From positions 540,669 through 604,668 of the forward strand of contig NMRA01000171.1 of the NCBI GenBank assembly GCA_002633005.1: DNA of 64,000 nucleotides, in the 5' to 3' direction. Source of the DNA: Phoronis australis. Its lineage: Eukaryota; Animalia; Phoronida. A program made the position numbers and the translations under genes. The notes under the pieces were generated by a model. It ran no database searches. It worked only from the letters and a program-made list of their open reading frames with translations, and was not told where the DNA came from. Positions within the stretch are counted from its first letter, which is position 1. Each line of letters opens with the position of its first letter. Positions 25,401 to 40,592 of the stretch are shown here, piece after piece.

Positions 25401-28400
25401 TTTAATCACATTTTTCACTAAAATAGAACTTTCTGAATAGTGAACATCACACAGAGTCTAATTCAGAATTCAGAGCGACCGTGTCAAGATCCGTAAGTCA
25501 CAAGCCCTATTCATAATTCTCACACTGAGAGGACCTGAATTAAGATAACTGGAATCAGGGCTTGATATTTTGAATAATAGAAATTTTTAAAAAGAGTGTC
25601 AAACATCAAAAAGTATTTCAACAGATCCTCAACAAAGGGCTCTAAATGGGGTCAAACTTAAAAATGGGCAGTCTTAGTCCAATGGCCCCTCGTTGGAACC
25701 CTTGGGTGAGTCTGTTCAGAGCAATGTAAAGAAAAAATAAAATGAATACATAATATTGTCATTTAAAAACTGATTTGGGCACTGAATACATAAAAATAAT
25801 TTAAGACAAACAATTAAACTTTCCTATTTCTTGTGCGGCTATTAAAAATATTTAAAAGTATCTCAAGTAGTCAAAAACTCAATAAATTAGCATCACTGGT
25901 GCACAGAAACAAAGAGATAAACTTCAGGTGTGTATAAATAACATACCTGTCAGCGATCACGCGACAACATTCGTGCTTCCACAGACCAAGAAGTCGGACT
26001 GGGCTGTTGATGACCTCAGCTAACGTGTTAATCATACCCTGCCAGATGCGTGACAGATCGCGCAGATTAAACACGTAGTGGAACTTGGCCGGAGTTGGCA
26101 ACATTCGGTTCTGAAACACACAGAAGTGACTCAACTAAAGAAGGCCGAAAACAGGATTGAAAGGATGGCGTTTACTGCAGTTTGGAAGGATTTCTAAAAC
26201 ATTTTGAATGATAGGAACTTTTGAAATAACAGACAGCCAACAGATCTACGGACTTCACCTTTTAGGGGAAAAATACTGTCGCTATGTTTTTTAATTATAC
26301 TTTTCATTTGAGTGAATTCATCATTGCTCAACACTGGTTTCCATGATGATTCTCAACACATTCATACCACATTCCCTCCCTTTCAAGCACTCGACAAAAC
26401 ACAAGGTAACAAGAGACTATTTGTTCAATGTTCTGACAGCCAACACTGGATTCGAACTCAGGCATGAAAAATGGCAGTTTGCAGTCCAAACCACTGGACA
26501 AAAATATCTTCCCCACCTTTTGTCCGTTTATATTCTACAACTCATTTTACCTTAGTTAACTGCCACAGCCTCCTGGTTACAGGGATCAACTGCAGTACCA
26601 TGGCACGCACATCGTCACTGAATCCTCGCTGCTCACAATAGTGACCACAGCCAATGGTCCTGAAGATCTTGTCAATGGATGAGTTAGATGGCAGAGAACA
26701 ATTGAAGATGTTGAACTGACGTTTGAGACGCTGTGGGATGTCGTTACGACCACCACCTGGTTGAATCATGGCCGCCATGAACTAGACAGGAAATACAGAA
26801 AGTATACAGGATAAGAACCAGTTAAAAGAGCATTAGAAACATAACCATACAATTCACCCAAAGCCAAAATTTTAAATGTACAACAATTCATAACTAAAGC
26901 GCAGAAGGTATTTCACAAATCATACCGAGAGTATCAACCTCCAGCCAAGAGTTGTGTTCCTACTTTTCATAACTTTTTTCATTGTTGACCACAATATAAT
27001 TATTTGCAGTACAGTGCAAGTTAATAGATAACTATCTGGAAACACTGAGTACCAAGTGAACTCAACTAAAGCTTAACATACCTGCATGTCAACAATGTGA
27101 GTGAAGTCACCAGGTTTCTCCAAATTGTAAAACCCTTTCATCTCCATCAACTGGCGCACAATCTCATTGGCGATCTGATCACGCCACTCATTAATGATGG
27201 GCATGTTGATGTCATCGATGAACACTGACATCTTCCTGCCAGCAGGGGGCCCAAAGGTGCTGCCCATTCTCTTGTCCACATAACTCTCAATAGTGCGCTA
27301 GGAAAGAAAGGGTAGAAAATAAGGATGGAGACACTGAACGACACAACGGCATATAAAGACGATCAGTTACTTTGTTGCATGTCAGAAAGTATCAACTGAA
27401 AATTATTTGTCATCCTTTTACCAGTTCTGAAACCATCGACAAGTATTACACTTAACTTAAGCATGTTATGTTAAGTCAAAGGTATGGCGATTGCTTTGTG
27501 ACTTGGGAATGTACAACAGTATAACAAAAAACCTTAATTTGTCTTTAACGTTTTTCAGCCACATTCAATGGATGAGAAATTGGTGAAAGCAGACAAAAAA
27601 TAATTGCAGGCTGTCTGATACACATCGTCAGTACCAGACGTGCGCAGGCTGCATATGTGGGCCTATTGCACCAATCACCTGACAGCTGACAGCTGGAGGG
27701 TAGGATTTCCTCCACAGCATAGAAAACTCTCCCTCCATAAGGCACAGGCGCCTTTCCCTCAGATGTGCAAGGGTCCTGATAATGCAACATATGGTAACAG
27801 GAATAACACTAATAGACCACTCACCTGGAACATAAGTGGTGTGGTTGCACTGGAGAAGTTAAGAGCCTTGGACATGTGCTGCTCAGGGTTGTACTTGGCC
27901 ATGTAACCATTAATCATCACTGTTTTAGCGGTACCCTGTTCACCAATCAGCAAGACAGCCTTCTCTTGCTTGGCTATGGTGTCGATAAGGAACGTTGTCC
28001 GCACGTTATCCACCATGGGTACAAGGATGGAGTTGTACTCAGGTGTGCTGTCTGGGGGGTAGACATACTGTTCCACGCGATGCTCCCAATGTTGCCACTC
28101 ACCTGAAGCAGAAGATAATTTTTTACAGGGGAGATAAATTACTAGTGGAACAACAGTTCAAGCACAACCAGTCAGTATTTGATATCCTGTTCAAAATAAA
28201 AAGTTCTAACTGTCCAATATAAGCTACATACCCAATCTTTAAATTTATAACACTTGTACTAAAAAAGAGACAAATTTGTAGCAAATAGACGGAATTACAA
28301 CTTTTATGTCAGATAAGCTTTCAATGAGCAAAATCTCCATAACTCGCCATAAGAAATTAATGACTAAGTTGAATATGACCATACCTAAAGCCCGCATAAT

Positions 28401-31400
28401 GTAAAGCCTTGGTCTGACTACCTACCAGTCTTTTCATCAACAAAGTAATCAAACATAGTGGAGTCTGAATCAGCTGGGATGTCAGGTACATTGATTGTAA
28501 ACTCTTCATTCTTGCGGACAAAGTCCTCCATTTTGGCACGGTCATCCAGCTCCAGGAAAGCACCAATCGACCACATGATGGTGAATGTGTATAGCCGACT
28601 CAGATGCTCTTTAGTTACCCCACCCGACTCTTTATCATCTTTCTTTGGGATCAAGCCATTCAGGAGATCACAGCACTAAAACAGGGGAGATAACACTGCT
28701 GCAACAGTTACTTCAACATGCTATTTATCAACACTAGCAGAACCCTGCTTTCAGACTTGTTGTATCAGATTTAATGTAATCGTGTAAAATTATCATTTTG
28801 CTCAGTTAAACCAGTTGCAGTTATAAGCCCATCACAAAAACAACTTTTGATTTACCACTTAATGTTATCAGACTGACCTGATATTGTTCTTTAGTTAATA
28901 TAGGTGTGATTTCTGGCCTTAAAAAACTGTCAGTTTGTTATTGCTCGAGACACGGTTCTACAAGGTTGACTTGTCACACCGTTTAACTTTTTTCACCAAG
29001 CATGGTCTCAAGCAATGACGAACTGCCAGCTCCTCATAAGACCAAAAATCACTCCTCATCTTAGCTAGCAAGAAGTCGAGACAATTTTATAGTTTTGTAG
29101 TAAGTGGTCTAAATCAAAAGTCAATATTTTTGACAGAACGTGCCAGCTCTATTGACAGAACGTGCCAGCTCTATTGACGAAGCGTGGCGGGTTTGTTGCC
29201 ACTTTAATGAATAATCAGCTTTCTTCTCACCTGTCTGATGACGAAAGCCTCAAGCACCTCCATTTTCCAGGTCAAATTCTGCCAAGCAAAGCGATAGATC
29301 TCAGCGAAGGACAAATCGAACAGTGATAGAATGATGTCAGCTTCCATGGATGAGCGACTGTTGAGCCAGCCTTGTAGTATTGGACGCCAATCAAGGGCGG
29401 AGCTACTCATGTAGACCATGCCGTTACGTGACACAGTAGCGGGAGAGGCATTGTCAATGTTATGTGGCTCAAATACAATTTTACAGTTCGGTGCCATGGG
29501 AATGCGGTCACCATTGGCCAAGGTCAACGTCTTGTTATCATCAAGCACGGAGTTGAGGTTCTCAATCCAGATGGCGTCAACAGGACCATCCAGAACTAAC
29601 CAGATGTGCTCACCTGCATAAGAAAAGTTGTAATAATAGGAGTAATAATAAAATATAGTTGATACATCCACGAAAGTTCATTGTACTTATTAACATTAAA
29701 TCTGGCCTCCTGGACAATATTCACAAAATTAAACTCCTAGAACCTTGGAGGCATCACACCTCCTTCAAAGGGAAGTAATGAAAAACAATGATAATGATAA
29801 TAATAATAATTACAACAATAATAACAACAATTAATGAAAACAATAAAATTAATAATAACAAAAAATAAATTATAATTTTAAACATAATACAATTAACACT
29901 TACAACAGCAATAACAACAATTAAAAACCATTATGGACTTTCTAAGACTGATGAAATAATTGTTCCTCCCTAACTTGTATGTTATAATATTTAATTCTCA
30001 CAAATAAATTTGGCTCTAAATGAATTTTCCACACATTACCTTTCTTTGCTCGTAGTGTCCTACGCCACAGTGTGGAAAAGATACCATCCGTCCAGTCGTT
30101 GGTGGCCACATCCAGTCGACCAAACATCTGTGGAGCAGTGATGGCTTTTGGGTTCATCCTCATCTCTCTGTGAGGTTCCCCACAGTCGCTCATGGCTTTC
30201 ATCAGCATGTGAATACAGCAGGTCTTGCCGGCGCCACTGGGGCCAAGTGCCATCATTCCATGGCGGACACGCTGGGTCTCAAATAGCTACAAGAACATTG
30301 ATTGCGAAATTAATATAACAGAAAAGCTGTTGGTGGTGTTATCCTAGCTATGGATGACCAACCAAACATGTAACAATGGGCAATAGTGGTATCACTTTAT
30401 TGTCAACACAATAATTGTAATCAATATGGCTTCCTGCAATACCATCACAAGTATGTACCTGAATAAGCTTGAGAATCCAAGATGGATGGTTGATGAGTCC
30501 AGCTTCTTCCACGTTGCGACTAATGGCTCCTTCCAGTTCCGGATATCCAGCTTTGTCCAGAGTGATTCCGGGAAACAAGTCATTGATGAGTGACAGGAAG
30601 AGGGGCTCGTCTTGATCGACAAGTTTGGATAGGTTCATGTCACGTAACACACGCATGACAATTGTCTGCTCAGTGTCGTCTGGATTGGCTCTCTTGTTGG
30701 CACCCAGAGTACGCAGGACGGACAGGATGTTCCGTAGACCAAAGTCATAATGAACCTGGAGAAATTACGCATCAATAAAACATCACCTTGATGATTAAGC
30801 CATTTCTAAGGATTTAGCAGCATTATTGCCCAAAACTGACCCATCTCATGCATAAAAACAGAGTGCAGATTTTCAAGAACTGCTCCATTTTGACAATGAA
30901 ATGAAAGTGAAAAATTTCTAGATGTAAAGTATCCGAGTGGTGACTGCACCACAATATATTGCATATTACTGAAATTTATTGAAAACCCAGAATCAAAACT
31001 AGCACCACATATACATTCAGTAATAAATCAAAAAGGATAGAATGCAATCATGTGACTGGAATTTTTTGAATAATTCAATTCAAGAGTCCTCAAAAGACTA
31101 ATTCAATAAAACACACCTGTTTGGTCAACTGCTCTTCACACAGTTTGTAGAGTGTGTAAAACTTGCGTGCCAGTACGATGTTTTCCAGGAAACCACAACT
31201 GGCTAGCTTGACACGAATGATGATCTGTCGATCAGGGACCATCATGGCAACTGTACGGAAGTTAATCTTTAAATTCTCAGGTAACTCCTGTCGACCAGCA
31301 TAGCCGGGATTCTGCGAGAAAAAATCTTTTAATGTATTTCGTAATAGTCCTAAATTTTAGTACATAGTGTCTTGTATTATATTTGTCAATGATTTATATA

Positions 31401-34400
31401 ACACATCTTGTCCCATGCACCCGGACTGAAACACCGGAGATTTCCAAAGAGACTCCACCAAGAACAAGAATTTGTGAGGGCTCCTTCTGAAATATGGTTT
31501 GAAAAAGGTACCATGTACCTTTTTGGCATGTCTGGCTAATGTATGGTACATGTATGTAAAATGTCAACATTTTCTAAATTCTGGTCCTGAAAAGGCTGTC
31601 AACAACATGAAGTCAACAAACTGCTGACAAAACGAAACCTTCTTCATGCAACACCATACTTTCAAACCACATGTCTCAATGAGAATGTTAAGGTTGGCAA
31701 CAGAAGTTTGCAAAAGAGCTCTACTTTTTCTTCGAAGAATCAGCAGGAAGTTCTTTTTGGGCACAAATACACTTGCAGGCAAAATGAACTTTTGGTGGGC
31801 TCTTTTGGAAAATCTTGGTTCTACCTAAAAATGTGCAGTTCTGATCAACTAAGAAAATGCAGTGTGTATAGTATTTTTTCATTTTTACCATACTGTTCAG
31901 TTAGTATAGACACAACCACTGAAGTAATTGTGTGAAAAACCTTTAGGGACTTCTACACTAACCACATTACATCATGCAGTGCAGCTCTAAATGAAATGAC
32001 ATATGCCATGTCTCCATGGCAACAAGTTCCCCAAAGATCAACCTCTTGTGGAGGTGCAAAGCAGCATCACTATCTCCTACACCTACCATAGTCAAGAAGA
32101 TGCCAAACTCTGGGTTCATGTCCACTGTGTCTCCGTCTGTGAACACAAACACCTTCTTCCTCTCTTTCTTTGCCGACAGCACGATGGCGATCTGTTGTGC
32201 TGCCACCGACAACACAGGGAGGTCGATACGATTGAACTCATCAAAACAACCCCAGGAGCCTGACTGGGCAAGACCCTTGTAGATCCTTCCCAGACCACGG
32301 AAGTCCATCTGGTCAGAGCAGTTGAAGACCACCACATACTTGCCGAGGCAACGTCCCATGTCCTTAGTGGTCTCAGTCTTGCCGGTTCCAGCGGGACCTG
32401 CCGGAGCACCACCCATGGACATCCCAAGCGCTTGAGCTAACGTAATGTAGCACCTGAAAATGGTTAAAAATTGAAGAACCTAACACCAATGTCTCGCAAC
32501 TATATTCGCTCACCATTTCTATTAGACTTAAAAGAAAATAACTTAACCACTGCTCATTGAGATTTGGACACACTACCACTACCAAAAGTCTGAAAAAGTC
32601 TGTCCTGCCTTAGCAAACATGCACACAGGACAAGCCCTGTGACAACTACCCTTCTATTGGGTGGGATAATGAGCCACTAAATATTCACAAAGTGCTGGTT
32701 ATTAAGAAAGAGAGTTGTAACCCGAGTAGACAGTAAATAGGAAGTTGTTTACAAGCAAGTGGCAGAGTCGAGAGATAAGCGTCCCATGTAACCCCAATAC
32801 AAGAATGTTTTATTTCATTGGCGCTGCCAAGTGAATAAATCTAGAGAGAATATAAAACATTAAGTCACCTGTCAGTCAATGGTGTGATGACCAGTCGCTC
32901 AGTACATCCGAGAAACTCGTTCTGATATATGAAGTCAACGTCAGTGATGGAGATGATGCATTTGTCCTGATCCTCAATGAAGTAGAAGCGAGACTGTTTC
33001 TGCCACTCAAAGTCTGTTGGTGTGCGGATATGCATACGGCACTGAAACATTACATAAAAATGAAGGGGAATTGCCAGGAATGCAAGAGTCCACTGAACTT
33101 GAAACAACTTAATTCATGGTTTTCTTTCACCAGCATATAACAGTCTATGTTCAGTTGGACAGATGACAACACACTTCACCAATGAGGGTCAGTAAGCCAA
33201 GGAAAGCAAGAATTTATTTCATGATGACATCATGATTCATTTCATTATTTACCAGATGGCATCATTACCATTCTATTTTATGATCACATGACTGATTTCA
33301 CTGGCAGACGGCAACATTACCAATAAGAAAATATGACTACTTGTGTGTAAAATTTGAACAGAATGATATTGACCATAATGCAAAAATGCAATAAATGAAT
33401 AATATGCCATAAGAAGCAAAAATGATCTTTCGTAAAACACGTACCAGGTCATCAAAGATGTCCCTCTGGTGCACATGTATCGTAATCAAAGTCTCAAACT
33501 TTGTTCTTTCGACTTTGGTCAGATTCCTTGTCGTCTGATCGATGAGCGTGTTCAACAGCTCCAAGAACACCTGATTGGTCTGCTGCATAACCTTGCGGTC
33601 ATATTTGGCATTATTCAGAGCATCAGTGGCGTCACGAGTCCAGATCATTTGGATACCAAGTATACCAACCTGCCATGGACAGAAGTAAGGTTCAGTTTTT
33701 TGTTCAGATAAGTACAGAAATTTTCAACCAATTTTGCAAGAGAATAACTGCTAAAATTATCATTTTCAATTTTTCAAATGATGTTTTATGCCAAATATTG
33801 TTTCCTGACATCAACACAGTTCGAACTAAGGTAACAAAACATAACATTTTTCTTAATATTTTTAAATTTGTGGAAAACTTATAAGAATAAAATTTCCCTC
33901 ACCCACCATATCGTGTGCTAAAAAGAATCACACCAGACAACATGGTGCATGCACTAACACAGCCCTAAAATGCAAAATGTCCAATGACCACTTTTAAAAC
34001 TACTTTTAGTGAGTAAGCTCTGAATTTGCTCTCTTCAAGATTTCCCCCATTGAAGAATTATCTTTTCAATACTGAACATTGCCATAAAATTTAAACCCTG
34101 ATGCAACAAGCTGTAAGATTCCCCCAGAAACAATACGGTAACACTTTTAGCAGCGCATACTCATCACTTGAAATATCCGCAAATCCCCATGAACGGACAA
34201 AACACAAAATATTTCTAACCTGAGCAGGGAACATGTTCAAGAACTCAAGCAGTTGAAATCCCGAGTCCTGGATGGCCATGGCTGCTGTGCGAATGACACC
34301 GTGTAAAGATTTCTGTGCCATCAACATCAAGTTCATCAACCATACCTCCACATTACCCTCCGCCTTTATAGGTTTCTCCAGCTGCCAGGAGAGAAAGACA

Positions 34401-37400
34401 AACTTATAGACAAAGAAGTATTGATTTGATGGAAAGTGTAACCAGTGTTGAGGGACACTTCCGAATAAAACATGGCACCATCATTCCGCAAAGTTTATTA
34501 GACAGACGTTTTACAAAGTTATATTGAGCAACCCACAACAGTAAAGAAATCGAAGAATAAAATGATCTTTAGAATTATACACACAGAAAGAGTACTGTAG
34601 GCAATGAAATAATCAGTACCTAATGACTTTGAACGCTTGTCTTAACTATAACATAGCTTCATTTATTAAGCATGTCAGTAAAGAATGGTGCTAATAAATT
34701 CTACACAGGAAATGACTTATTTAAGAGATGCTTCATGCAGTAACATTGTGCTCAACACTCCATCAACAAACGACCTTGAGCTCATCCAGTGAATGACCTT
34801 GAAACACAGTTGCAACGTCGATCTCTTTTAACAAGCAAGTGTCCACACTGGAATCAATGCCCACTATTCTACATGTGGATTGAGCAAAGAACTGATAGAA
34901 TGATTCAAAACTATTCTTCCTTTTAGATCCAACTTTATCATAGAAGCAACTGTAACATTGAGACATGGTAGTCATGACATATAATCTTACCTCCACTGTC
35001 TCCCCTTCTGAAGAGTGGATGGACAGTATTTGGTCATATTGCTTCTCGTGGAATTTTACAGACTTTGTGTTGTCGAAGACGCTGAGCAAGTGTGCTTGGA
35101 TAGTATGAGGGTCACTTGCCTGACCCAGGATTTCCAAAAGCGCAGGATCCGACACGAAGAAAAATCGAGGAAACATCAACCTCTTTTTCTCCAAATACCT
35201 GCAATTTGATGACTGTGTTAACAACAAGCTAATTAAGAATACAATTGACAGCATTAGTAACAACCAAGGATCGCAAGAAAAAACATTAAAAAAATCCTGA
35301 CATGGGACTTCACAATTGCGAAAACTTCAAAACACCTGGTGAAGTTTCTTCATAATAGTCACACAAAAATCCTGAACTATATTCAGTGTCCCACATTTCA
35401 AAGGCCCTATATCAGTAAGAACAATTAACTTAGAGGTTTCCGCATCAATTTAGTTATTATCAAATATACACAAAGTCGGACATTTAGCAATGCTATGTTG
35501 TAATCTAGGGCCCATTCCATAAACGTGACTTATTACTTAAGACACAAATTTAGTCTTATGCTCCTGCTTCACGAGTGCTGACAAAAAGTTTAGCCAAGTA
35601 ATTATGAAAGTATCACAGTATAGAAATAATTTATAAAAATTACCTGTAACTAGCAGTTATGTGAACATTCTCAGAGACCACATTTTTGCTCAAGTCAGAA
35701 ATAATAATTTCTCAAAAGAGTTATGTGAAGCAAAAGACCAAATTTTTCATGAAACAGACATCTGACATCAACAGAGACTGCCACTATTTGACCGACCAGT
35801 CAGTTACAACATTATGCTTTATAAAATTCTGACAAAAATTTGGAGAAAACTGATTTATTCTGTCAAGCTCAAAACAAGATACAATGTGAAATAGAATGTG
35901 AACCAAAGTTCTTACCCTGTGAGAGACTTCTGACAAACTTCAAGTTGCTCCAACAGATGGGGTAGGAGCTGACTCAGCATTTCATCTCCAACACAACACT
36001 GGATCACATTAGTTGTTTCGTGAGCACGAGTCATGATACGCAGCCAAGACTTGTCGATGTTTGAGAAACGTTTGGCTTCCTGCGAGAAAGAAAGAAATTG
36101 TGATTAAAGCTAAAAACACAATCAATTTCCAATTGAAAACAGTAGACAGAAAATAAGCATTTAATAGTGAATATTGTAAAAACATTGGACAATGAACATA
36201 GTAGAATCCTGCAGGTCTGCCAGTCAGAAGTCCAATCACAAATTTAGCAATGTAGCCTACACGAGTCTATCCAAAGTAAACAAGAATATCTGTACTGGTT
36301 ATCAAATAAATGTATCTCCACCTCAATCAGCATTTCACTTAGGAGACACATCGACTCTTGTTCAGTCTCTGGCTAACGATTTGGACACAAATAAACGGAA
36401 CATGTAAGAAAAATAAGCCCAAACTTGACTATGTATTAGTAACGTGATCATTGCAGTGCCACATCAAAAGACCTTCACTGTATGTTGTCAAGCAAATTTT
36501 CCCTTGTATAACAAAGCATCTCACTTCATAGCAACAGCAAACAAAGGGAATCCAACCCAGCCTTTGAAACATGTAAGAAAAATAGGGAACAAGTTTATCT
36601 TAATGTTGCGTACCTGAGGCAACTGCTTGGCGATGTCACCACCCACAAACACAGCTTCCAGGTAAACCCACAGGTTCTGTACAGTCATCCACTGCTCAAT
36701 GATCTCCGACGAGTTGGACAAGTTCTGAACCCACGTCTGAATCTGTTTCTTGAAGGGGGCATTGTATCTGGGAACAAGAACACAGTGATACATAAGAATT
36801 GATATCAATCTCACTGAAGGGGGTATTGTATCTGGGAACAAGAACACAGTGATACAAAAGAATTGATATCAGTCTCACTGAACGGGGTATTGTATCTAAG
36901 AACAAGAACACAGTGATACAAAAGAATTGATATCAGTCTCACACAATATCCACATAGGTTGAATGAAACTTAGTGACAAATGAAACCTGCAAACAAATTT
37001 TCTAATATCCATCAGTTGGTGCAGCATAATACTACTCCAGTACTGAAGCCACTCCAACTGCTTGCAAGCAGTTTTCATTCTTACATAAACTAGACAATAA
37101 TGCACACCGTGTCAGATAAAACTATTCAAATCCGAGCCTAATAAAAATCACAAAATTCCATACTTACCTGGGTTAATGACCACAAATGACAAAAAAACTA
37201 TATTCTAATTTCCAAAAATTTCTCTTTTAATGACAATTGCTCATACACCAACCGCTGAACACAGAATAAGACTTTTGTAGTTTCTAAGAAGCACCCAGGT
37301 CAGTGAACAATTAATATTTTACATAATAAGTGACAAACAAACAGTAGTTTATGAATATTCAGTCAAATAGTTAGATTTGACACTTACCCCTGAATGACAA

Positions 37401-40400
37401 TAACTTGGTAGTCCACATAAATACTATACTTTTTAAAGGCTGAAGTTCAACTTATAATACCCACCAATAAGTTCTTAGTTTTCCAATTCAAACGTGCAAA
37501 CGAATACAGCATAAAAACGAGTTTACAGTCAATGATATCATTTGGTACGTATAGTTGTATTATTCATTCACGTGACGAACAGAACAGTGTAATGACTACC
37601 ACATAGTACAAGGTTAACAGTAACATGCTTTATTACGTGAAGCTTCTTGGGTTTTTTGCAGTAAGTTGTTTTCTTTCTAATTGGCTGGATGTAGTGAACG
37701 TAACATGCTGGGGATAAGCCACAGAACTAGCCAACAATAACAATATCAGGCATGCAACACATCACCGATGCAAGACACTGTAGTTTATTATAGACAACAG
37801 TGTGTTCTTGTACAACAGAATAACAGTCAGAAACTCACTTAATCTTTCGGCTGATAATTAAACGTTTATCAACTTATATGAGACCGGCCACTGTTAATAC
37901 AGTCAGTGCTATCAACAGCTTGTGATTTCAAAGTTAAACTTAAAGTTAATTGTTAGCACTAGAATGTGAGTATACAGTAATGAGACACAATTTGTAGAAA
38001 GAAGTCAATAAGGACATACACAATAATAACAAATTTGATTGCCTGTGTCATCAAGGAAAACTTCACCCCCTACAGAATGTTCAGGCAAATCTAAATGTCA
38101 CCATTAACTATAAAAGATTTGTTAGGAAAGAATCAAATGAAAGCAGTTTGCAAAACATAACCATAATTTAGAAACGAGCAAAATTCTTTTGATTGGCAAA
38201 CGTTCTCTATACATGTTTATTAAAGAAAGAAGATTTACAAAAAGAATTTCTTGTTCACTAACAACGGATTCACCTGTTACTGAGCAAGGAACTGAGAACC
38301 ATCAAGGAATCTTCCATTAGTGACACAATTTCACTAGTGGTGTCGCCACGCAGAAGTAGTTCTCCTCGAGTCTTGAAGTTACCAAAAGCAAAGTCATGGC
38401 CGCCCCATTCAGCAATGACTTGCTTGAGTTTGGCTTCAATGTCTTTCTCCTTCACAGCCGAGATACAGATATCCTAAAAATGGGAATGTTACCAAATGAT
38501 GAATATGTTTACAGATATATTTATAATACAATGATGCCTCAAATATCCAACATAAAAAACAATCACTGACAGTAAAATTTCCACTTATTTTCCCACGGCT
38601 AAAACTGAATGACAAAAACGAACCTTGAAGCCTTTTTCAAGAGCAAAAACGATCCATTTTCTTCTTTTGAGGTTGACAACTTTTCAATATGATTCTCAAC
38701 TGTTTACCTCAATTTCTTCTTTGTACTGAAGCAGAGGTGCCTCCAAGATGTTGCGTAATACAAAGTTCTCATTCTCCACATCAAACACGTGACCTGTGAG
38801 TTCGGCCATTCTCTGCCAGTGGCGAGGTTTCATCGCCTTATTGGTCATTAGCTCCAGTAGAGGGACCATCTCGTTAAAATTGTCGATGGTCTTGCTCAGC
38901 TCGTTAAAGGCCGGCCATTCTTTGAGGGCACGGGGCAGTTTACGGCACCTGATGACAATAATGAGGGTCTCAATAAATGTAACATTACTGACAAATCACA
39001 AATTAAAGTAATCCATATCTTTCAGAAACTATAGTAACTCATACCTTGTAAGGTAAAGTTTCCTTAAAGTTTTTCAAACAAACTGCCAAATATTCATTTC
39101 CAACATTGCCATCTGTAGTAAGCAGCACATTAATTTCAACCATCAGACTACTGTTTTTATCATATGGTAATTTTCCACTTATTTCACACAAAAATAATTG
39201 CCAAAATTGTCATTTTCAAAGGCTGATTACTTAACCACAACAAATAACAGAACATTCATTAAAAGTTGTTTCACGACATCTTCACAGTACAAACCATGAT
39301 CGTAATAGAGTAAAGACTTTATTTTTGTGCAAAAATGCATCAAAACAGAATATCACTTGTCAGCCATATAATGTACCAATCAAATGAAGAATTACCACAA
39401 TATCCTCAGAGTGTACACTCACTTGTTCTGAAAGTCTATCAGCTCTGTGTTGATCTTTTCAATATCCACTTCTGTCCAGAGGATTTCATAGTAGCCGTTA
39501 ACTGAGTCGATGACATTATTGTACAGACCATAGAGCTTCTGAAGCAGATTCAACTCCTTACGAATCTTATCAATGCGTGGATAGTCGGTGACGGGGAGGC
39601 CGAACAGTTCCTCTCCCCCAGTGTATGTGACAAACTTGCGGTACAGAGTGTCGAACTGGTTCTGGAAGATGATCAGACGGTCGGAGGCTTCGCGAGGGGG
39701 CACGCCCGCCACCATGGGACCACCCTGGAATGAAAGGGAAATGGTATTTGAAACTGACCTCAGTTTTGAACAAAATACACAAAAATGAACCTAAACCTGA
39801 AAAGAAATTTACCTGACACCAGCAAAATTGCAATTTTTTTAGAATTAAAAATGCTCACTTGGGCAAAAACTTGTCAAACTGATCATTTGCAGATGCTCAA
39901 GCAGTGGTGCATACTTGGAATACTTTCCCAAATGATTTCTCTTCACCACATAACTGCTTCTTACAGAGAATTCTCATCCACTAAACTGACATGATAACTG
40001 CTATCAAGAAATCGTTATCGTTTTTAATGTTGAAATAAATACTGCCTTTTTGACTCGGTATCGGAACGCATGCTTATCAATCTTTCCATTGCAATTACAG
40101 CTTAATATGAACAGTATTCTGAACTGCAGCATTAGATTTTTGTAATATAATTATAATAATTTACAGTAACCAGCAATGGCATTATAGAAATGGTGATGAT
40201 CATTGAATAACAACTTACTGACCTGATCGTAACTGACATAGAAATCAGCGCAGTCGTCAATGAAGATTCGAACATTTTCGATGAGTTCTCCCCTGAAGTT
40301 AGGCTGTATCTCCACTAGGTGGTTACCGATCTCACAGGCGAGCGCCTGCATACGTTCCCATGAGTAGCGAAGAGTGTCAACACGTTCAGTCTCCTCACGA

Positions 40401-40553
40401 GCACATGGCAGATCGTGTTTGACTAACATTGCGTAGGATTCCTGAAAGGAGAGCATTTTTGTCACTTCCAAAAATATATCCCGGCTTTGTTCCTGAACTA
40501 CTTCTGAATACTTCAGACTCAATACTGTATATAACGGTGAAATAACCACGATA

Positions 40554-40592
<39 letters not shown>

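Noticed and set aside
37160-37172. ATACTTACCTGG resembling the 5' end of U1 snRNA
   Set aside because: Similarity stops after 12 nt and there is no U1 body.
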